A DNA stretch of 41,935 bases from positions 1 through 41,935 of the forward strand of contig JBIIPZ010000029.1 in assembly GCA_044342325.1 (NCBI GenBank). The letters are read 5' to 3'. Below are positions 18,420-27,527 of the stretch, one piece after another. A model generated the notes under the pieces. It made no database searches. It saw only the letters and a program-made list of their open reading frames with translations, and was not told the origin of the DNA. Position 1 is the stretch's first letter, and each line of letters begins with the position of its first letter. This DNA is from Terrimicrobiaceae bacterium (lineage in GTDB: Bacteria; Verrucomicrobiota; Verrucomicrobiia; Chthoniobacterales; Terrimicrobiaceae). Position numbers and translations under genes: made by a program.

Positions 18420-19519
18420 AAGACGCCATCGACATCGCCTCGGCGCTCATTCGCATTCCGAGTGTGAATCCGGATGGGGGCGATCCCGGCACGGATCAAA
18501 CCGGCGAGGCGGCTTGTGCTTCGTGGGTGGCGGATTTTTTGCGGGGCTGTGGCGCTGAGGTTTCTCTACGCGAGGTTTTGCCGGGCAGGCCGAATGTGGT
18601 GGGACGCTTTCCAAGTCGCCGCGCTGAGGGTCGCCGGATTCTTCTGGCGCCGCATCTCGACACAGTGAGTGTGGCTGGCATGACGATCGATCCCTTCAGC
18701 GGCGAGGTTCATGACGGACGGCTCCTCGGGCGTGGGGCTTCCGATACAAAAGGCACGGCCGCCGCGATGCTCTGGGCGCTGCGCGAGGCTCGCGAAACTC
18801 TGGCCGACTCACCTTACGAAATTTGGTTCGCCGGGCTTGTGGGGGAGGAGGCGGGGCAGTTCGGAGCGAAGGCTCTGGCGGCGGAGGAGAAGTTTGATTT
18901 TGTGATGGCCGGCGAGCCGACATCGCTGAATGTCGTCCACACGCACAAGGGCTCCTGTTGGCTCCAACTTCGCACGCACGGCCGGGCTGTTCACGCGTCC
19001 CAACCGGAAGCGGGAGAAAATGCGATTTATCAAATGATGCAGGCCGTCGAGTGTCTGCGGAGCGAGGGAATCCCGAGATTGGCGGCGACTTCGGATTCGG
19101 TGCTTGGGACTTCAACGCTCAGCGTCGGAACAATCCGAGGCGGGTCGAAGGTGAATATCGTCCCCGATTTTTGCGAGGCTTCAGTGGATATCCGCATCAT
19201 CCCTGGGGTAAATCCGGAGTTCATCATGGATCTTTTGCGCCAGCGTGTGACGAATATCGAAATCGACCTGAAGCGTTCGGAACCGCTCTACACCGACCCC
19301 GCGCATCCGGTGATTGCTCGCCTTCAATCATTGGGCTCCAAGCTCGTGGGCGCGCCTTGGTTTTGCGATGCCGCCGTGTTTGCCTCGCAGGGATACCCCT
19401 CCGTGGCGATCGGCCCAGGCTCGATTGCGCAAGCGCACACGGCGGATGAGTTCATACGCGTCGCCGATCTTGAAGCCGGTGCGGAATTTTTTCTGCGTTT
19501 CCTGAAGTCGCTCGAGTAG
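18416..19519 (+). CDS. M20 metallo-hydrolase (ArgE/DapE-like)
   Basis: HLDTV, GRGASDTKG, GEE, GEPT, AHTADE; ATGA overlap with epimerase. Confidence 0.88.
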   Translation: MKDAIDIASALIRIPSVNPDGGDPGTDQTGEAACASWVADFLRGCGAEVSLREVLPGRPNVVGRFPSRRAEGRRILLAPHLDTVSVAGMTIDPFSGEVHDGRLLGRGASDTKGTAAAMLWALREARETLADSPYEIWFAGLVGEEAGQFGAKALAAEEKFDFVMAGEPTSLNVVHTHKGSCWLQLRTHGRAVHASQPEAGENAIYQMMQAVECLRSEGIPRLAATSDSVLGTSTLSVGTIRGGSKVNIVPDFCEASVDIRIIPGVNPEFIMDLLRQRVTNIEIDLKRSEPLYTDPAHPVIARLQSLGSKLVGAPWFCDAAVFASQGYPSVAIGPGSIAQAHTADEFIRVADLEAGAEFFLRFLKSLE

Positions 19520-19537
19520 GCCGCCGCATCAGCGTTC

Positions 19538-22108
19538 TTGATCTCTGTCCGGCGAAGTGGAAGATTCGCGCCCATAAGCAAGGAATATTACAGTTGGGAA
19601 AAGGACTCCCGGGCTTCCGAAAAACCATTCTACGCCCGCAAAATCGTGTGGGTGCCGCTGGCGGTCTTCGGCGTGGGCATTTTGGCCGCGTGGATCAGCT
19701 TCGGTGTATTGACGCAGAAATACGACGCGCGCGCTGAGGAATTCGACCTCAAGCAGGTGAGTCAAATGGAAGCGGCATCGATTTTGTATGACCGCAAGGG
19801 GCGCGAGTTCGGGAAGCTTTTCATCCAAAACCGCCAACCTGTTCCCTACGATCGCCTGCCGCCGATGTTGGTTAAGGCCGTGATCGCCGCTGAAGACAAC
19901 CGTTTCTATGATCACGACGGCGTGGACTACATGGGCATCTTCCGCGCGGCCATAACGAACTGGCGCAAGGGCCGCATCGCTCAGGGTGCCAGCACGGTAA
20001 CCCAGCAGCTCGCCCGAAATTCCTTCGAGCTTCGCGAGCGCACCTACGAGCGTAAGCTGGTGGAACTCTATCTCGCTTGGCGCATCGAAAAAAATTTCAG
20101 CAAGAAGGAGATCATGGAGCACTACCTGAACCGCGTCTATTTCGGCAGCGGCTTCTATGGTGCGGAAGCGGCCTCGCAGGGGTATTTCGGAAAAAATGCC
20201 GCCGACATGACGATCGGCCAGTGCGCCAATCTGGCGGGACTCCTCAAGAGCCCCCAGGCGCTCTCGCCATTTAACAACCCCAACGACTCCACCGAATCGC
20301 GGAATTTCGTCCTCGGGCGCATGCGGGAGCTGGGATTCATCACGCGCAAGCAATACGAAGAGGAATTGGCATCTCCGCTGGGAACCGTCCAGCGGACGAA
20401 TCCTTTCAAGGTCAGCTACGCCATCGAGTTGATCCGCCAGCAGGTTATCAAGGCGCTCGGCTTCGAGCGGGCTATGAATGGTGGCTACCGCATCGACACG
20501 ACCTTGGATTCCGATTTGCAGCAGGCGGCTGATCGCGCCACGCGCGAGGTTTTATTAAAAATCGAGCAACAGCCGGGCTACAGCCACCCGACATTCGAGC
20601 AATACCGAGCGGCCACCAAGAAAATCGAAGATGCGATCAATCGTGGCAACATGTCCGTCAAGATGCCGGAGCCGAAATACCTGCAAGGCGCCGCTCTGGT
20701 TGTGGAGAACACAGCGGGCGGGATTCTCGCACTCACTGGTGGGCGGGATTTCAAACACAGCGAATACAACCGCGCCCTTCAAGGAAAACGCCCTGCCGGC
20801 ACGGCATTCACGCCCTTTGTTTTCGCATCCGCTTACGAATCCGGCATCTTTCCAGGCGAGATCGTGCAGGACGCCTGTATCGACAATCGCTATGTAATGG
20901 TCGGCGGCGAGACCGGTCTCCTCGGCGAGTGGGGCGTTGAGATCGAAGACAACGAATACGAAGGCCCCATGACCACGCGCGATGCGCTGGTGAAGGGCAA
21001 GAACGCCGCTACGGTGCGTCTCGGAATGCAAGTCGGTCTCGATGCGGTGAAAAAAACCGCCGCCGCTTCAGGCATCAGCTCGCCGTTGCGCGATTATTCG
21101 AACGCCTTTCTCGGCAGCAGCGAACTCAGCCTCGACGAACTCGTGCTCGGCTACACCGTTTTTCCTAATGTGGGTCAACGACCCGCCGACCTCTACATCA
21201 TCCAGTCGATCCGCGAACCCGAGGGAGAGATCATTTTCAAGGCCCCCCGCAAGCGCTACCGCACGATCTCACCCGCCGCCGCCTACGAGACACATTCTGT
21301 GATGTCCGATTTCATGGAGCGCGGAGTCGGTTCGCTCGGACGAAAACAATTCGGTCTTGGCAACTTCCCGGTCGCTGGAAAATCCGGCACAGCGTATGGA
21401 TTCACCGATACCTATTTCCTCGGCTACACGAATACCGTGACCTGCGGCGTTTGGGTCGGCTTTGACAAACCCACGAAAATCTACCGCGGAGCCTTTGGCA
21501 AGGATCTCGCCCTGCCGATCTGGAGCCAGATCATGAACGCCGCCGCCAAGAGCTACCCGCCACGCGAGGTCGAGCGCCCTTCTGGTCTGAAGGAAGTCGA
21601 AATCTGCCGCTCTTCGGGACTCCTCGCCACACCGCGATGCTCGGCGAAACCAGCCGACACGGTCACAGGCGAACGCCCCCCTGACTCGAACACCTATAAG
21701 GAACTCGCCACCGAAAAACAAGCTCCCACGATCCCCTGCGACATCCACGGCGGCGGAGTCCGCACCTATGCCAGGGAATTCGACGAAGCCGACTGGCCGC
21801 GCGCGGCTACTGCCATCGATCTCACAAAAATCCGACCCGTTGCCGTGACATCTCCGCCATTGGTCGGCTTCAATGACATCTACCGCTCGGTCCGTCCCGG
21901 CGCGGAATCTGAAAACGACGAGGACATCCCCGTGGCCAAGGCGGTTCCAGTCAACACGCCTCCGCCTGCTTCAGAGTCCGCCGCCCCAGCCGCAATACTG
22001 CCGGGCGAAGTCGAAATCCGACGCGCGGAGCCCGTGAAGTCTCAAAGCGCCCCCATGGAGCAACCCGCCATCGAGGCACCGCCGCCAGCGGCGATTGATT
22101 TTTTCTAA
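19538..22108 (+). CDS. Class A penicillin-binding protein (transglycosylase + degenerate transpeptidase domain); start uncertain
   Basis: TM anchor; EDNRFYDHDGVD, QGASTVTQQLARN, RKLVE, KKEIMEHYLNRVYFG; TP fold with GTAFT/GKN/KSG; Pro-rich tail. Confidence 0.9.
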   Translation: MISVRRSGRFAPISKEYYSWEKDSRASEKPFYARKIVWVPLAVFGVGILAAWISFGVLTQKYDARAEEFDLKQVSQMEAASILYDRKGREFGKLFIQNRQPVPYDRLPPMLVKAVIAAEDNRFYDHDGVDYMGIFRAAITNWRKGRIAQGASTVTQQLARNSFELRERTYERKLVELYLAWRIEKNFSKKEIMEHYLNRVYFGSGFYGAEAASQGYFGKNAADMTIGQCANLAGLLKSPQALSPFNNPNDSTESRNFVLGRMRELGFITRKQYEEELASPLGTVQRTNPFKVSYAIELIRQQVIKALGFERAMNGGYRIDTTLDSDLQQAADRATREVLLKIEQQPGYSHPTFEQYRAATKKIEDAINRGNMSVKMPEPKYLQGAALVVENTAGGILALTGGRDFKHSEYNRALQGKRPAGTAFTPFVFASAYESGIFPGEIVQDACIDNRYVMVGGETGLLGEWGVEIEDNEYEGPMTTRDALVKGKNAATVRLGMQVGLDAVKKTAAASGISSPLRDYSNAFLGSSELSLDELVLGYTVFPNVGQRPADLYIIQSIREPEGEIIFKAPRKRYRTISPAAAYETHSVMSDFMERGVGSLGRKQFGLGNFPVAGKSGTAYGFTDTYFLGYTNTVTCGVWVGFDKPTKIYRGAFGKDLALPIWSQIMNAAAKSYPPREVERPSGLKEVEICRSSGLLATPRCSAKPADTVTGERPPDSNTYKELATEKQAPTIPCDIHGGGVRTYAREFDEADWPRAATAIDLTKIRPVAVTSPPLVGFNDIYRSVRPGAESENDEDIPVAKAVPVNTPPPASESAAPAAILPGEVEIRRAEPVKSQSAPMEQPAIEAPPPAAIDFF

Positions 22109-22115
22109 GACTCCG

Positions 22116-23183
22116 ATGGTTGAACTTCGCCAAGTCACCAAGCGCTTTGGAATACACGAAGCCCTGAAGGACGCGAGTTTTTCAATCAAGGCCGGCGAGT
22201 TCATGACATTTCTCGGTCCCTCAGGATGTGGCAAAACGACCTGCCTGAGACTCATCAGCGGATTCGACACGCCAAGCTCGGGCCGAATTTTCATCGACGG
22301 CAAGGATGTGACATTCGATCCACCCTACCGGCGCAATGTGAATCAGGTTTTTCAGAATTACGCCCTCTTCCCGCACCTCACGATTTACGAAAACATAGCC
22401 TTCGGGCTTCGCATGAAACGCATCGCCCCGGCGGAGATCACACGCCGCGTAGAGCGTGTTGTGCAGATGACTGCGCTGGGCGATTTCGTGGGCCGCAAGC
22501 CTGCGCAGCTATCCGGCGGCCAGCGCCAACGCGTCGCCTTGGCCCGCGCGATCATTTGCGAACCCAAGGTCCTCCTTCTCGACGAACCGCTCAGCGCCCT
22601 CGACGCCAAGCTGCGAACCCAGATGCGCCTGGAACTAAAACAGCTTCAGAAAAAACTCGGCATCACTTTCATTTATGTGACCCACGACCAAGAGGAAGCC
22701 CTCACCATGAGCGACCGCGTGGCCGTGATCAACGCCGGTCGCGTCGAGCAGATCGGGACAGTGAACGAGATTTACTACAAACCCGCCACGCGCTTTGTCG
22801 CTTCCTTTATCGGCGATTCAAATATCGTCGAGGCCGAAATCCTCAACTCCGACCCTGGAATGCTGCGATGCCGCCTGCAAGGAGGCCTTGAATTGCTCGT
22901 CCGCCGACAGGAATCGCACCCCATCTCGAAACTCCTCCTCTCACTCCGACCAGAAAAAATCCGCCTCCACCGCATCGATCCCGGAGACATCAATTCCTTC
23001 CCCTGCGAAGTCGCGATGGAAATTTTCAAAGGCGCTATGAATGAAATTACCCTCAGCATTCAGGGAAATCTCCAATTCGGTGCCATCCTTGCCAACGACG
23101 GCAACGCCGGAACAGATTTCCATGAAGGAGATCAGGTCTTCGCCAGTATCCAGCCAGAGGATATCCACATCGTCGCGGAGTGA
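22116..23183 (+). CDS. ABC transporter ATP-binding protein, PotA (spermidine/putrescine)-like
   Basis: GPSGCGKT, FQNYALFPHL, LSGGQRQR, LLLDEPLSALD, VTHDQEEA; TOBE-like C-terminus. Confidence 0.9.
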   Translation: MVELRQVTKRFGIHEALKDASFSIKAGEFMTFLGPSGCGKTTCLRLISGFDTPSSGRIFIDGKDVTFDPPYRRNVNQVFQNYALFPHLTIYENIAFGLRMKRIAPAEITRRVERVVQMTALGDFVGRKPAQLSGGQRQRVALARAIICEPKVLLLDEPLSALDAKLRTQMRLELKQLQKKLGITFIYVTHDQEEALTMSDRVAVINAGRVEQIGTVNEIYYKPATRFVASFIGDSNIVEAEILNSDPGMLRCRLQGGLELLVRRQESHPISKLLLSLRPEKIRLHRIDPGDINSFPCEVAMEIFKGAMNEITLSIQGNLQFGAILANDGNAGTDFHEGDQVFASIQPEDIHIVAE

Positions 23184-23294
23184 TTCTGCCTGCCTTGGAG
23201 ACAAGGAGGTCAAATTGCGACAGCCATGTGATCATTTCCGTTCAATTTTTTTTTGAAAAAAAGATTTGACCAGTTATTTCAATGAGATACGACA

Positions 23295-23310
23295 TGGCAC
23301 AGATAGTGCT
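23295..23310 (+). promoter_or_regulatory. Putative sigma54 (-24/-12) promoter of the porin gene
   Basis: TGGCACAGATAGTGCT: GG-N10-GC spacing, close to the TGGCACNNNNNTTGCW consensus; AT-rich tract upstream. Confidence 0.65.
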
Positions 23311-23405
23311 TGTTAGGTTACAACCACCGTATCAGGCAGGTTATCTCGGGACAGCCACAAGGCGACTCCCGCGAAAAGAAACAAACAACAAACAACTAAA
23401 CAAAA

Positions 23406-24251
23406 ATGAAACTGAATAAATCGATTGTTGCTCTCACGAGCCTGGTGGCCTTTGCCGCCACGCCGCTCTTCGCGGGAACCGGCAAAACCTTCAAAGAGAC
23501 CGTCGTGATCGAAGAGGAAGAATCCTCCTGGTATAACGCCGCTCTTAGCACCGGCTATGACAGCCTCTACATGTTCCGTGGTGTGAACACGCTTCGCACC
23601 AATGGCGGATACGGCAACAGCCTCTGGTGGACAGACGCCAACTTCACATGGAATATCTCCGATAACGACACCCTCACCGTAGGTGGATGGCAAGCTTTCG
23701 GCTTGAGCAAAGCCAGCTATCGTGAATTCGACGCCTATCTCAATTATCTCCACAGCTTCGGAGACCTCTCGGTTGGTCTCGGATACACATTTTACTATGT
23801 CTATCCTCCTGGTGGTCAGGACTTCGCAAATGAGCTGAACGCCAAAGTCGCTTATGCAATCGACCTCGGTTTCATGACACTCACTCCAGCAGTGACCTAC
23901 TTCTTCAATCTGGGTCCCGACAACGACACCGGTCTTGCAAACGGCGTGGTCAACACGGCTAGCAGCTACCTCGACATTCGTGTTAACGGCAGCATTCCTG
24001 TGATCAAAGATGTCCTCTCTGTTGATCCATGGGCGGCCTTCGGTTTGAACTTCGGCTATAACCTGGATGGAGATCTTCAGCAATTCGATGGTGCCAACAG
24101 CCTTGAATTCGGCGTGGCCCTTCCTTGGAAAGTTAACGACATCATCACCGTTTCCGGTTATGTCGCTTATAGCTATGCCTTCGAAGACCTCTATGGAATC
24201 ACCGAGCCCAACACCTTCTGGGGCGGCGGAAAAGTGGCCTTCGCATTCTAA
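23406..24251 (+). CDS. Outer-membrane beta-barrel protein / putative porin
   Basis: Signal peptide, aromatic-rich amphipathic strands, SLYMFRG, C-terminal Phe (VAFAF); A/C-rich leader. Confidence 0.8.
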   Translation: MKLNKSIVALTSLVAFAATPLFAGTGKTFKETVVIEEEESSWYNAALSTGYDSLYMFRGVNTLRTNGGYGNSLWWTDANFTWNISDNDTLTVGGWQAFGLSKASYREFDAYLNYLHSFGDLSVGLGYTFYYVYPPGGQDFANELNAKVAYAIDLGFMTLTPAVTYFFNLGPDNDTGLANGVVNTASSYLDIRVNGSIPVIKDVLSVDPWAAFGLNFGYNLDGDLQQFDGANSLEFGVALPWKVNDIITVSGYVAYSYAFEDLYGITEPNTFWGGGKVAFAF

Positions 24252-24270
24252 ATTCGCTTAAAACTCAACG

Positions 24271-24305
24271 AAAACCCCTTCCGGTTATGCCGGAAGGGGT
24301 TTTTT
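24271..24305. terminator. Bidirectional intrinsic terminator
   Basis: AAAACCCCTTCCGG-TTATG-CCGGAAGGGGTTTTTT between convergent genes. Confidence 0.9.
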
Positions 24306-24801
24306 ATTGCGCTACCGGAAGCAATTTGGAATTGGTCGTTTCCGCGCGCTGTTTAGCTACATCCTCCGCAGAGACCTTGGTAGACTGCGGACTCCAAGTG
24401 GCTAAAATATAATTCAAAACCTCGGCCGTTTGCTCATCGCTCAAATCCGCACGCCAGGAAGGCATGATGCCCTTGTAGATTTTTCCATCGCGCTCCAATG
24501 GCCCACGCTGGCCGAGCAATAGGAGCCGAATCAATTCCTCAGATGGCCCGGCAAGACGCGGCGACCCCTGAAAAGGCGGGCAATTTCCAGGAATTCCCGA
24601 GCCATCGACCTGATGGCATGCCGTGCAACGCGTCAGGTAAATATCCCGACCGGTCAGCGGTGTCGTATCGACGGTGGAATCCGCCGCCGGACCACAAGCG
24701 GAGAGAGCCATCGCACAACAAATTCCCACGCTGGATGAGAGCCAAGATTTCCATGCACCCCCCGTATCCAAGAGAATTTGTAAAGGAATCGTTCTCTGCA
24801 T
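24304..24801 (-). CDS. Monoheme cytochrome c, possible lipoprotein; start uncertain (24837/24801)
   Basis: CTACH heme motif, distal Met in GIMPSW, LSAC lipobox-like sequence. Confidence 0.85.
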   Translation of the reverse strand: MQRTIPLQILLDTGGAWKSWLSSSVGICCAMALSACGPAADSTVDTTPLTGRDIYLTRCTACHQVDGSGIPGNCPPFQGSPRLAGPSEELIRLLLLGQRGPLERDGKIYKGIMPSWRADLSDEQTAEVLNYILATWSPQSTKVSAEDVAKQRAETTNSKLLPVAQ

Positions 24802-24807
24802 TTCCTC

Positions 24808-24834
24808 CTCTGTGAACTCTGTGTCCTCTGTGGT
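24808..24834 (-). repeat. 27-bp 9-nt-periodic repeat, copy A
   Basis: ACCACAGAGGACACAGAGTTCACAGAG on minus strand, starting at the SCO stop codon. Confidence 0.8.
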
Positions 24835-25499
24835 CAATCCTTCCCCTGCGGCAAACCCAACACGCGGCGAATATCCCCCGCCATGGCTTCCGCATTCGCA
24901 AGTTGGTCCATTTTATAAACCAGACGCAAATTTCCCTTAGGATCAATTAGATATGTGCTGGTCGAGTGGTCGATCAAATAATCCTCCTCGCCCTGCGGTC
25001 CTTTGGGATCCTTGCGATAAAACGCACCGTAGGCCCGCGCGGCGTTGCCGATTGCTTCAGGCGAGCCTGTGAGACCGGTGAATTTTTCATCGAACATCGG
25101 CATGTATTTTTTGAGGTCTGAAATGTCGTCCCGCTCATCCACGCTTACAAAAACGACGCGCACCCGATCCCTCGCCTCCTCGGGCAGCGCACGGCGGGCG
25201 GCGGCGAGGTTTGCCAGCGAGGCCGGACAAATGTTCGGGCAGCAAGTGAAACCAAAATTCAGCAAAACCAAACTCCCACGCTGATCCTCCAAGCGGAAGG
25301 CGTTCCCATTCTGATCGGTGAGCTCAAAGGGGTAAGCAGCCCGCAGCGGCTCCAGGCTTTTTCCAAACCAAGTCGCATCGGTTTTGTTGGCAGACTCCAT
25401 GCCGGCGATCACAAAAATTCCTCCGCCCAACAGGACGATGAGCGCCAGCGCGAGTCTCAGCGCGGCTCGGCGGTTTTTTTGAGCAGAAGCCTCAGACAT
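24834..25499 (-). CDS. SCO1/SenC copper chaperone
   Basis: TM anchor, FELTDQNG, GFTCCPNICP (CxxxC), FVSVD, IDHSTSTYLIDP. Confidence 0.92.
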   Translation of the reverse strand: MSEASAQKNRRAALRLALALIVLLGGGIFVIAGMESANKTDATWFGKSLEPLRAAYPFELTDQNGNAFRLEDQRGSLVLLNFGFTCCPNICPASLANLAAARRALPEEARDRVRVVFVSVDERDDISDLKKYMPMFDEKFTGLTGSPEAIGNAARAYGAFYRKDPKGPQGEEDYLIDHSTSTYLIDPKGNLRLVYKMDQLANAEAMAGDIRRVLGLPQGKD

Positions 25500-26148
25500 T
25501 TCTCAGCAGCCGGATTTCCTCGGCAGCGTCCTGCGCGCGGAACACCGATGTTCCTGCGACGAGCAAGTTGGCTCCGCTACGAACGGCTTCGGCCGCCGTT
25601 TTGACATTGATGCCGCCATCGACCTCGATGTGGAAATCAAAAAGCCCCGCCTCGCGCCAAGCCGCTGCTTCGGCGACCTTGTCTAGCATCGAGGTCAGGA
25701 ATGGTTGACCGCCAAAACCGGGGTTCACGGTCATGATCAAAAGAATATCAAACTGACCGAGAAACGGCTGCACCAGATCCACAGGCGTCTGAGGACTAAC
25801 GGCCAGTCCGGCCAGAAGCCCGGCATCACGCACGGCGGCGAGAGTTTTTGAGACATCATGCTTGGCCTCGACATGCGAGGTGATCGAACTCGCGAGAGGC
25901 AGAAAACGCGGAAGATAGTGGTAGGGATTTTCGATCATCAAGTGCACATCGAGCGGCAGGCGCGTGTGGCGCGAGGCCGCTTCCACAAAGGCCGGACCGA
26001 AGGAAATGTTGTCCACAAAATGGCCATCCATCACATCGCAATGAATCCAATCCGCGCCGGCCTGGGTGATGCGTTCCACCTCCGCACCGAGGCGGCTGAA
26101 GTCACAGGCTAAAAGGGACGGAGCAACGATGGTTTTGCGCGGAGCCAT
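25492..26148 (-). CDS. rpe: Ribulose-phosphate 3-epimerase
   Basis: VAPSLL, HCDVMDGHFV, DVHLM, MTVNPGFGGQ, EVDGG. Confidence 0.96.
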   Translation of the reverse strand: MAPRKTIVAPSLLACDFSRLGAEVERITQAGADWIHCDVMDGHFVDNISFGPAFVEAASRHTRLPLDVHLMIENPYHYLPRFLPLASSITSHVEAKHDVSKTLAAVRDAGLLAGLAVSPQTPVDLVQPFLGQFDILLIMTVNPGFGGQPFLTSMLDKVAEAAAWREAGLFDFHIEVDGGINVKTAAEAVRSGANLLVAGTSVFRAQDAAEEIRLLRNV

Positions 26149-26170
26149 GGAAATGACATACCTTGCTGCT

Positions 26171-26689
26171 ATGGAATTTGCCAGCGACGAATACTTCATG
26201 CGCGAGGCGCTGCGGCAGGCCCGCCGTGCCTACGCCGCCGACGAGGTGCCATGCGGCGCGATCATTGTCAGGGAAGGGGAAATCATTGCCCGGGCCTGGA
26301 ACCAAGTCGAGATGCTCAAGGATGCCACCGCGCATGCGGAAATGCTGGCCATCACTCAAGCCGAGGCGGCAGTGGAGGACTGGCGTCTCAATGATTGCGA
26401 TCTCTATGTAACCAAGGAACCTTGCCCCATGTGCGCCGGAGCCATCGTCCACACAAGACTCCGCCGCGTCATATTCGGCTGTCCCGACCCACGAGGAGGC
26501 GGCGCTGGGGGGCTGATGAATATTCTCCAAATGCCACAACTCAACCACCGATGCATTATTACCTCCGGCATTCTCGCTGACGAATGCGCCGGGCTGCTGC
26601 GTGATTTTTTCCGGGCGAGACGCGAGGAGGCAGGCGCTATGAAATTGATCACAGGGGACACAGAGAGCGCAGAGGAAAGGCCGATATGA
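26171..26689 (+). CDS. tadA: tRNA adenosine(34) deaminase
   Basis: EVPCGA, HAE, EPCPMCAGA; C-terminal extension contains a repeat copy. Confidence 0.9.
   Translation: MEFASDEYFMREALRQARRAYAADEVPCGAIIVREGEIIARAWNQVEMLKDATAHAEMLAITQAEAAVEDWRLNDCDLYVTKEPCPMCAGAIVHTRLRRVIFGCPDPRGGGAGGLMNILQMPQLNHRCIITSGILADECAGLLRDFFRARREEAGAMKLITGDTESAEERPI
26648..26674 (+). repeat. 27-bp 9-nt-periodic repeat, copy B (inside tadA 3' end)
   Basis: ATCACAGGGGACACAGAGAGCGCAGAG, 24/27 to the family consensus. Confidence 0.65.
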
Positions 26690-27348
26690 AGAGCCCGGCT
26701 AAGGTTCCTTTCGAAACTTTTCCCGCCTTGGATGCGCTCCCCGCAGTCCGGGCTGTTTTTTTGAAGCGCGTGCCGGGGTTGGATGTCAAAACCGACCGCG
26801 AAACGGCGTTGCAGCGCCTCGCTGGCATTCAGCGCGAGGCGTTGGATTGGGTGGGTTTTTCGGACATGCGTCTTGCGAAGGCCAGCCAAGTCCACAGCGC
26901 GAATGTCGTGCGCATTTCCAGCGCCGATACCTTTCCGGTTCCCGACTGCGATGCTCTCGTAACCACAGAGCGCAATCTCTGCCTCGGAATCTATGTGGCG
27001 GACTGCGCCGCAGTCTATGTCGCCGACCGCCACGGTCGAGGCATCGGACTTTCCCATTCTGGGCGCAAGGGAACGGAGTTCGGCATCGTTCCAAAAACCA
27101 TCGCCGCCGTCTGCACGGCCACCGGAGCCGATCCGCAAGATCTCATCGTGCAAATCTCCCCATGCATCCGCCCGCCGAATTACGAGGTGGACTTCGCTGC
27201 CGACATCCGCAGCCAGGCCGCCGAAGCAGGAGTCCGTGAAATTCACGACTGTATGAGTTGCACCGGATCCAATCTCGAAAAATATTACTCCTACCGAAAA
27301 GAAGAACGCCAAACCGGCCGCCTCCTCGCTGCCATGGCGCTCAGTTGA
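26686..27348 (+). CDS. pgeF: PgeF/YfiH laccase-domain protein (purine nucleoside phosphorylase-like)
   Basis: QVHS, DALVT, ADC, HSGRKG, SPCI, YYSYR. Confidence 0.85.
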   Translation: MKSPAKVPFETFPALDALPAVRAVFLKRVPGLDVKTDRETALQRLAGIQREALDWVGFSDMRLAKASQVHSANVVRISSADTFPVPDCDALVTTERNLCLGIYVADCAAVYVADRHGRGIGLSHSGRKGTEFGIVPKTIAAVCTATGADPQDLIVQISPCIRPPNYEVDFAADIRSQAAEAGVREIHDCMSCTGSNLEKYYSYRKEERQTGRLLAAMALS

Positions 27349-27527
27349 TTTCCAAGGCTGCGGAGCGCGCATCGGTCTTTATCATGACGACCTTTCCGGC
27401 AGTCCATTTGTCACTTTGAAAACGAGGTCATCGCCTGCACGAACTGCGGCGGGTTGGTAAGCCGCGCGTTAAAACACTGCGAACAGAAGCAGGCTGGCTC
27501 TTAGATGGATCAGGCTTTCAGTTCGCG

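Noticed and set aside
27388..27504. Zinc-ribbon-like peptide (CTNCGG...KHC) between pgeF and recQ
   Set aside because: No start codon upstream of the CxxC in that frame and the fourth Cys is missing; at best a remnant.
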